Positions 58,310-64,000 of a stretch of DNA of 64,000 nt are shown in pieces; position 1 is the first letter of the stretch, and each line of letters opens with the position of its first letter. The notes beneath the pieces are model-generated. The model worked only from the letters and a program-made list of their open reading frames with translations. It was not told the origin of the DNA and ran no database searches. This DNA is from an uncultured Smithella sp. Lineage in GTDB: Bacteria > Desulfobacterota > Syntrophia > Syntrophales > Smithellaceae. Location of the stretch: positions 2,266-66,265 of the forward strand of contig CAZYIE010000006.1 in NCBI GenBank assembly GCA_964646755.1, written 5' to 3'. Both the position numbers and the translations under genes were made by a program.

Positions 58310-59242
58310 TCACGGCATATACGTCAGGCGATATGCCGCAGCGATAATATGCACCTGGCCCGAGTAGACCAGAACCAAACGCAATAGGAACCCTCCGGCC
58401 AGAGGTGCACCGAGGACCATCAAAACCCGAAAAAGCCCTGTCTCCCCTTTTCTGAAAGCGAGAAACAGGGGAAGCAGCAGACCAACGCCGACAACCCCCA
58501 GCCACAAGGCAAGGCCGCTGAAACCCATGATCAGAGGAATCAGCACTTTCGGCCTCATGACAGGGACAAAAAAGAGGAGAAAAAAGAAGAGTAGCGCCAG
58601 GCCATAGGCCGGCAGAAGGATGCGATAAGATCGCTCCAGCCGCTGGAATGGTCCTGCCATCAGTGCTCGCCGCTTTTGGGGAAAAAAGAGGAGGGCAAGC
58701 AGAAACCCGCCCGCAAACCCCGTATCCAGAGCGGAAAGGCAGAAAAGGACCGGCAGGGCCGAGTTTCGCCAGAGAGGAACGGCGGTGGTAGAAAGCAGCA
58801 CGCCTGTGTAGATGGCCACGAGCAAGGCCAACGGAACGCCCACCCATCCCAGGGCGTCGCAGACCCTCTTCTGCGACCAGATGGGCCACCTGCCGATCAC
58901 GGGAATGCGCTCCCGCGCCGCGGCGGGGAGCCAGCAGAGGGCATAGAACGTGGCGATTAGGAAAAACAAGGTGAGCAGCCAGACCCCTAGGGACATGGGC
59001 GAAAGTCTGTTGAAGACCGTCAAGGTAAACCAGAAGCGGGTCTTATAGCCCAGATCGGCGACCAGCATGGCCAGGCCGAAGGCAAGTGCCGGCGGCACTA
59101 GAAGCGCCGATGCCCGTGAACAGGCCGAAAAGCCTTCGCCCCCCCCTCTGCTCATCAGGACGGCAAAACAAAAGGCACCGGCCGCCACGCCGGCGGAAAA
59201 AAGATACAGGACGACAGGCATGCCCCAGGTGATCTCACTCAT
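58310..59242 (-). CDS. NrfD/PsrC-like integral membrane subunit
   Basis: MSEITWGMPVVLYLFSAGVAAGAF..., with about 8 predicted TM helices. It overlaps the Fe-S subunit stop by 8 nt. Confidence 0.8.
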   Translation of the reverse strand: MSEITWGMPVVLYLFSAGVAAGAFCFAVLMSRGGGEGFSACSRASALLVPPALAFGLAMLVADLGYKTRFWFTLTVFNRLSPMSLGVWLLTLFFLIATFYALCWLPAAARERIPVIGRWPIWSQKRVCDALGWVGVPLALLVAIYTGVLLSTTAVPLWRNSALPVLFCLSALDTGFAGGFLLALLFFPQKRRALMAGPFQRLERSYRILLPAYGLALLFFFLLFFVPVMRPKVLIPLIMGFSGLALWLGVVGVGLLLPLFLAFRKGETGLFRVLMVLGAPLAGGFLLRLVLVYSGQVHIIAAAYRLTYMP

Positions 59243-59897
59243 GCGTTTCCTCCTCACTAACCGCCTTTTTCCACAACCAGGCCAGGACAAAAGCCCCGGG
59301 CACCAAACCTCCCAGCCATTTCCATATCTGCCCGCCCGTCATCGTATTAGGCGGTACCGGGTCCGGCAGCCCGTATTCACCGGGCTGCCCCTGAAGGGCA
59401 TATACCATATGGAGGCGCTCGGCTTTGCCATACGCAATCAGCTCCGCCGGGAGCTTCCCGTTCGGGTAATAACTCAATGCTCCCGAGGGACATTTCGCCA
59501 CGCAGGCTGGTTCCTGGCCGGCATCTGTCCGCTGTGTGCAGAAGTCGCATTTGCGCATTGTGTGCTGTTCCGGACTTACCTGCGGCACATGAAACGGACA
59601 GGACTGGATGCAGTAGCCGCAGCCGATACAAAGATCCCGACGATGCACCACGACTCCGTCCGGTCTCCGGCTGAGAGCCCCTGCAGGGCAGGACGAAACA
59701 CAAGCGGGATCGTTGCAGTGAAAGCACGCCGTTGATATGAAATATTGCTCGCCAGTGGAAGACTTCCCACGGGGATGGCTTACCACGCGCCGCAACCTGA
59801 CACCCGGCGGGGCGTCGTTCTCCATCTGGCAGCCCACCTCGCAGGAGTGGCAGTGGATGCATTTTCTATCCTCGAAGAGGATCAATCGTTCATTCAT
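59235..59897 (-). CDS. 4Fe-4S electron-transfer subunit (DmsB/PsrB-like) with a C-terminal TM helix
   Basis: 220 aa with four Cys clusters (CIHCHSCEVGC, CFHCNDPACVSSCP, CIGCGYCIQSCP, CDFC...CVAKCP) and the hydrophobic tail WKWLGGLVPGAFVLAWLW. Confidence 0.88.
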   Translation of the reverse strand: MNERLILFEDRKCIHCHSCEVGCQMENDAPPGVRLRRVVSHPRGKSSTGEQYFISTACFHCNDPACVSSCPAGALSRRPDGVVVHRRDLCIGCGYCIQSCPFHVPQVSPEQHTMRKCDFCTQRTDAGQEPACVAKCPSGALSYYPNGKLPAELIAYGKAERLHMVYALQGQPGEYGLPDPVPPNTMTGGQIWKWLGGLVPGAFVLAWLWKKAVSEEETHE

Positions 59898-59929
59898 GGC
59901 TATTCACAAACCTTCCTCCCGTTTCGGCA

Positions 59930-62098
59930 TCACGCCTTCGTGAGCCGGCAACCGAAGCCATTGTGCTGCGCGCCGGCCTTGTCCCAGTAGCCTGGGATGA
60001 TCGAATTGACTGATTGACCCGAGTTGGCCGAGACCACTGTTCCCGGATCTGGATAGGAGGGGGTCCAGACAACTCCCGGCAGCACGCCGAAGGTAATCCT
60101 AACCTTGACCGGCATCGAGCCGATCTCTGTCTCCAGCATGGCCGAGTCGCCCTCCGTAAGCCGGAGCTTTTTCGCCGTTTCTGGATGTATCTGCACGAAG
60201 TTCCCATCGGAAAACTGGCCCATGTATCGGGACCAGGTCGTTACGGACTGCTGCCAGTGCTGAACAACCTTGCCCTGCGTAAATATGAACGGGAATTTCT
60301 TCGGGTTTCCTTCTTCCCCAAATGGGCTACCGGAAGGTTCCTCCCAGGCCAGCGGCCCCATCCCGGGGATCTCGAGTTCGATCTTGCCGCTCTTGGTCCA
60401 GAAACGGACACCCTTGAAGAGGGTTCCACGACCGTCCGGACCGTTGGGCGACGGGCAGGGCCAGACAATTCCGGAGGGACTCGCCTTGAGACGTTCCAGA
60501 CTCATCCCGCCCCAGGTGGGTGACATCCCCCGCATCAATTCGTAGATATCCGCCGGGCTTTGGACGGGCGGATAGGCATCGCCGTGGATGAGTTTCCCCA
60601 GATCCGAATAGAATCGCCATTCCGGAACCGTCTCGCCAAGGGGCTCGATTGCCTTATCCCGCCACACAACCTGGCGGTTCAAACCGTACTGGGAACCCTC
60701 GCTCTCGAAGTTCATGGCTCCCGGAATAATCAAATGCGACACTTTGGACTCCTCGTCCATAAAAAAGGCCCGGTGAATAACGAAATCGACCTTCTGCACG
60801 GCCTTGCGTACCCGATTCGCATCCGGATACCTTCGGTAGCTCGCATCGAGCATCAGCACCTTGAGGAATTCCCTCTCCATATTGTTAAGAATTTTGCGGT
60901 AGTGGAGCCCCTTGGGCATGCCGGCCAGCGCGTATTTCTCCTCAAAGGCTTCGCCCCCGCCCGGCTTCCCGCTCTGGAAATGAAGAACCCCTTTACCCGG
61001 ACCCGCGATGTTCCCGGTGATGGCCTGCATCGCTATAATGGCCCGCGAGGTTTGAATCGCATTCGTGTAACGCGAAATCGCCCCAGAGATCCACGCAATG
61101 GTTCGGCTGGATCTCGCCACGACGTCGTAGAGACTTTGGATCTCATCATGCCGCAGTCGGGTGATCTGCGCCACCTTGTCCAGTGTGTATGCTTTGACGG
61201 GTTCGGCAACGAGGTCAAACCCGTTGACGTGTTCCTTCACAAATTTTTTGTCGTACCGGTTTTGTGAAATCAGATCATTCAGAATTCCCATGACCAACGC
61301 GCCGTCCGTACCGGGCCTGGGGCGGAGAATCATATCGCACTGAGAGCCGGTGGGTGTTCTTCGTGGATCGATATAAACGAGTTTCGCACCCTGCTCATGC
61401 GCTTTCTGCAGCCAGCGTATGCTGGTCGGATAGAGCTCGGCGATGTTGGCCCCGAAGAGGAGGATGAGCTCGGCGTTCGGGAGTTCGTCATGGGTGGTTT
61501 CGGCAACCATGGAACCGAGACAGGCATCGAGGGTGACACCCGCATTGATAATGCAGGTGTCACCAGAGTGGCTGAAGTCGGGGTAGCCGGCCAGATGAAA
61601 GGTCATGTTGGCCGCAAGTTCCCCCTCGCGCGATTCCCACAAGGGGGCGAACAATGCCACCCGATGGTGGTAATCATCGGGGAAATCTTTCTTGACCTTC
61701 ATGATCTTTTCGGCCGCTATCTCCACCGCCTTCCGGTAAGGGATCTTCTCCCACGCATTCCCCCTGCGCAACAGGGAATGGAGAAGCCGGTCCGGATGGT
61801 AAGTCAACTCGACCATCGATTGGCCCTTGGGACACATCTTACCGCCGGTCCATTCGCCCTCCGGATTTCCGTATATATTGACCACACGGTTGTCTTTGAC
61901 TTGGACGAGTGTCGTGCAGCGTGCCTGACAAAACTGGCAGCAACTCATCACCTCCCGGTCGATGCGGTTTGGCAGGGAAGGACCAGGTACCGGCTCCCCC
62001 CCTTGCGCTAAGGAGGGCACGGCCAGGGCTCCTGTTGCCAGGGCTCCTGCTTTGAGGAAGGTTCTGCGTGAAATCTCTGTCTTGTGTTTTGTTGTCAT
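59930..62098 (-). CDS. TAT-exported molybdopterin oxidoreductase catalytic subunit (Psr/Phs/Ttr-like)
   Basis: 722 aa with the twin-arginine signal ISRRTFLKAGALATGALA and the N-terminal cluster motif CCQFCQARC...CPKG. GDTC is a candidate Cys Mo ligand. A C-terminal molybdopterin-binding domain is present. Confidence 0.88.
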   Translation of the reverse strand: MTTKHKTEISRRTFLKAGALATGALAVPSLAQGGEPVPGPSLPNRIDREVMSCCQFCQARCTTLVQVKDNRVVNIYGNPEGEWTGGKMCPKGQSMVELTYHPDRLLHSLLRRGNAWEKIPYRKAVEIAAEKIMKVKKDFPDDYHHRVALFAPLWESREGELAANMTFHLAGYPDFSHSGDTCIINAGVTLDACLGSMVAETTHDELPNAELILLFGANIAELYPTSIRWLQKAHEQGAKLVYIDPRRTPTGSQCDMILRPRPGTDGALVMGILNDLISQNRYDKKFVKEHVNGFDLVAEPVKAYTLDKVAQITRLRHDEIQSLYDVVARSSRTIAWISGAISRYTNAIQTSRAIIAMQAITGNIAGPGKGVLHFQSGKPGGGEAFEEKYALAGMPKGLHYRKILNNMEREFLKVLMLDASYRRYPDANRVRKAVQKVDFVIHRAFFMDEESKVSHLIIPGAMNFESEGSQYGLNRQVVWRDKAIEPLGETVPEWRFYSDLGKLIHGDAYPPVQSPADIYELMRGMSPTWGGMSLERLKASPSGIVWPCPSPNGPDGRGTLFKGVRFWTKSGKIELEIPGMGPLAWEEPSGSPFGEEGNPKKFPFIFTQGKVVQHWQQSVTTWSRYMGQFSDGNFVQIHPETAKKLRLTEGDSAMLETEIGSMPVKVRITFGVLPGVVWTPSYPDPGTVVSANSGQSVNSIIPGYWDKAGAQHNGFGCRLTKA

Positions 62099-62424
62099 AA
62101 TGTCTCTAAAACCAAATATTTTTCTATATAGATTAGAGCTTTGTATCTATTTCCGGGCCACTGTATGAGACCAATAAACTTGCCTGCCACGTATTCGTGC
62201 AAAAACAAATCAGAATTTTCCATGAAGGTGAAGCCCGCGTGTCGGATGTAAGATAATTACGGAAGAGTCATCTTCGAATTCACCAATTAAAATAGTTAGG
62301 AATCGAAATCGCACCTCCCGGTTTAAAATATGCTTTGTCTTTTTAGTCTGCATATACAGCTCACTAATCCCAAGAACCCTTTTTTTCTCGTCACTGAATT
62401 GTGCACTTTTCCGGATTTCGTAAA

Positions 62425-62440
62425 TGCAATTTAAATGCCA
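62425..62440 (-). promoter_or_regulatory. sigma-54 -24/-12 promoter
   Basis: The minus strand reads TGGCATTTAAATTGCA. It lies about 315 nt upstream of the molybdoenzyme ATG. Confidence 0.7.
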
Positions 62441-62533
62441 AAGGATAAGCGAAGAAACATCAATGCTATATATTTGTAATTATTAACCATTAATCTGTGT
62501 AGCCAAACAGAGAAATGGCTGAGTTTATTTTGA

Positions 62534-62571
62534 GGGGGCTATATATTGCACCGGGTGTAATATATAACCCC
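62534..62571. promoter_or_regulatory. near-perfect palindrome, candidate enhancer (UAS) site
   Basis: GGGGCTATATATTGCACC-G-GGTGTAATATATAACCCC. Its centre is about 113 bp from the -24 GG, the same spacing as in module A. Confidence 0.6.
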
Positions 62572-62865
62572 TTGGGAGAAGTCCATTTTTTCTCTGTTCA
62601 TGCACATACCATTTGCCGGGTAACGGTAAGGAAACGAAATTTTCAGCCGCAGTCTGTCCCCGTTCTTGGATATTCGTTATTTCAACAATCCGGAAGGGGA
62701 ATCATAAAATATGACTAAAATTTATCCCCAAAAAATTATTGACAACGGGCATAAATGAAGAATTTTTTCTTGACATATTTTGAAAATTGAGTACCATTCA
62801 ATAAAAATTATATATTCCATGTAAAACTCATTTAAAAGGCTTGAAGCTCGAAAAGTGGTTTAACC

Positions 62866-64000
62866 ATGAAGATACTGGTCCTGAATTGCGGCAGTTCATC
62901 GCTCAAATACAAACTCTTTGAGATGGAAGGCAACGACGTCCTGGCCCACGGGCAGGCGGACCGTATTGGCATGCCCAACGCCGTGTTTCAACATGATGGG
63001 CGGGGACAAGAAACTTTTCTCAACAAAATGCCTCTGAATAATCATTCCGAAGCAGTGCATGCACTATTGATTCATCTTGCCGACAAAAAGCGGGGCATCC
63101 TGACGAATATGAACGAAATTGGCGGTGTCGGACACCGGGTGGTTCACGGCGGCGAATATTTCCGCACCTCCGTTGTCGTCAACACTGAAATACGGAAAAT
63201 ACTTGAGTCAACCAAGAAACTAGCCCCGCTCCATAATCCGCCAAACCTGATGGGGATCGATGTCTGTACGCATCTTATGCCTGATGTGCCACAGGTGGCT
63301 GTCTTCGACACGGCCTTCCACCAGACAATGCAGGCTTTTGCTTACACCTACGCGATCCCTTATCGCTATTACGAAGAAGACCATGTCCGCCGTTACGGCT
63401 TTCACGGCACTTCTCACCGTTATGTGGCCTGCCGGACATCGGAAATACTGCAGAAGAAGATCGAGGATTTGAAGATCATTACCTGTCATCTCGGAGCGGG
63501 ATCCAGCCTATGCGCTGTGGCCGGGGGGAAATCACAAGATACATCTATGGGATTTACGCCCCTCTCCGGCATCGTAATGGGCACGCGCTCGGGCGATATC
63601 GATCCGGCCCTTGTTTCTTTCATTGCTGATAAGGAACACTGTTCTCTTGGGCAGGTTATGGAAATTCTCAATCGGCAGAGTGGCGTTTTCGGCATCTCCG
63701 GCATATCTCCCGATTTCCGCGACCTGGAAAAAGAAGCCGGCATCGGCAATGAACGGGCCCGCTTGGCGCTTATCGTCTATGCCTACAGTGTGGCCAGGGG
63801 AATTGGTTCTTTGATTCCGGCTATCGGTGGACTCGATGTACTGGCCTTTACCGCGGGAATCGGCGAACACTCGCCGCATATGCGCCGGCGAATCTGTGCA
63901 TTTCTTTCCTGGCTCGGCATCACCCTGGATGAAGCAAGAAACATCGACACAGACGGTGAAAGAGAAATTTCCCTGCGGGAATCAAAAGTCAAAGTATTAG
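62866..64000 (+). CDS. ackA: acetate kinase (3' end outside the window)
   Basis: It is absent from the ORF track because it is open-ended. Hand translation gives MKILVLNCGSSSLKYKLFE...GHRVVHGG...VAVFDTAFHQTM...YGFHGTSH...ITCHLGAGSS...GTRSGDIDP. Confidence 0.92.
   Translation, partial: MKILVLNCGSSSLKYKLFEMEGNDVLAHGQADRIGMPNAVFQHDGRGQETFLNKMPLNNHSEAVHALLIHLADKKRGILTNMNEIGGVGHRVVHGGEYFRTSVVVNTEIRKILESTKKLAPLHNPPNLMGIDVCTHLMPDVPQVAVFDTAFHQTMQAFAYTYAIPYRYYEEDHVRRYGFHGTSHRYVACRTSEILQKKIEDLKIITCHLGAGSSLCAVAGGKSQDTSMGFTPLSGIVMGTRSGDIDPALVSFIADKEHCSLGQVMEILNRQSGVFGISGISPDFRDLEKEAGIGNERARLALIVYAYSVARGIGSLIPAIGGLDVLAFTAGIGEHSPHMRRRICAFLSWLGITLDEARNIDTDGEREISLRESKVKVL

Larger units (their letters stand above)
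62325..62685 (-). promoter_or_regulatory. regulatory module B (paralog of 43935-44265)
   Basis: The reverse complement aligns with module A. Shared stretches include ttctcccaa(g/a)gggttatatatt, ccccctcaaaataa, ttaataattacaaa, tatcctttgg, tgggattagtga and agacaaagcatattttaaa. Confidence 0.75.

Noticed and set aside
59930-62098. A selenocysteine-containing formate-dehydrogenase-type enzyme.
   Set aside because: The ORF is uninterrupted, with no in-frame TGA. The ligand region reads GDTC (Cys). The partner genes, a NrfD anchor and a periplasmic TAT signal, fit the Psr/Phs/Ttr-type better.
62095-62223. A 42-codon upstream ORF (MENSDLFLHEYVAGKFIGLIQWPGNRYKALIYIEKYLVLETL) whose TGA overlaps the ATG of the molybdoenzyme gene (TTATGA).
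   Set aside because: No SD-like sequence precedes its ATG; the upstream sequence is CACCTTC. There is no counterpart in the paralogous adh leader. The composition is typical of AT-rich non-coding sequence. It is kept only as a low-priority item for Ribo-seq.
43935-62685. The two ~330-bp inverted copies read as terminal inverted repeats of a composite transposon or of an invertible 18-kb segment.
   Set aside because: No transposase, integrase or invertase gene and no target-site duplication is seen. Each copy is oriented to act as the promoter region of the adjacent operon and contains a -24/-12 element. About 75-80% identity is low for RecA-mediated inversion. I interpret them as duplicated regulatory cassettes. 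Horizontal acquisition of the island as a whole remains possible on compositional grounds.
1-64000. CRISPR arrays, rRNA genes, transposases/integrases, prophage genes, toxin-antitoxin pairs or recognisable defence-system genes.
   Set aside because: None were seen. The only direct-repeat clusters are the short CCTTCAGYC array and the REP-like hairpins, which lack CRISPR-like regular spacing. No nuclease/ATPase-type defence signatures were found among the translated ORFs.

Overview
The window looks like a bacterial chromosome segment with a background GC of about 40-45%, judged by eye on sampled lines. Its gene order is of the Desulfobacterota/deltaproteobacterial type. That call is an inference from three things: the pheS-pheT-ihfA-merR and rpsP-KH-rimM-trmD-SPOUT-rplS-rnhB-yraN arrangements, a PxxKW Cys-rich protein, and an AhbA/B siroheme decarboxylase next to hemL.

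Roughly the first 26 kb and the stretch 32-44 kb are ordinary housekeeping. They hold the PTS genes EI/HPr/IID, the thrS-infC-rpmI-rplT-pheST operon, tRNA-Val(GAC), pgsA, rsmI, UDP-xylose genes, ffh, argS, pilD, a frameshifted ribD, a korDABC-type 2-oxoacid:ferredoxin oxidoreductase, arfB, an isolated atpE and hemL.

Two segments stand out as visibly GC-richer:
- 26.6-31.8 kb is a type IV pilus minor-pilin/PilY1 cassette with REP-like repeats on both sides.
- 44.3-62.1 kb is an ~18-kb island between hemL and ackA, made of two convergent operons.

The plus-strand arm of the island encodes Fe-ADH, tungsten-type AOR, a four-cluster ferredoxin and an SDR. The minus-strand arm encodes a TAT-exported Psr-like molybdopterin oxidoreductase, a 4Fe-4S subunit and an NrfD-like subunit. 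It continues with a ComEA-like HhH protein, a ~958-aa internally duplicated orphan secreted protein, a YeiH/PSE transporter, a small membrane protein and a USP-like protein, and ends with an arylsulfotransferase, a second HhH protein and an MBL-fold alkyl/aryl sulfatase.

Each arm is preceded by a paralogous ~330-bp module. The module has a near-perfect 35-37 bp palindrome about 113 bp upstream of a textbook sigma-54 -24/-12 element, and the two copies are inverted relative to each other. I consider this sigma-54-wired sulfate-ester/molybdoenzyme island, and especially the orphan duplicated protein and the duplicated promoter cassette, the best candidate for an undescribed system.

All functional calls come from reading the translated ORFs for motifs. 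No database searches were run.
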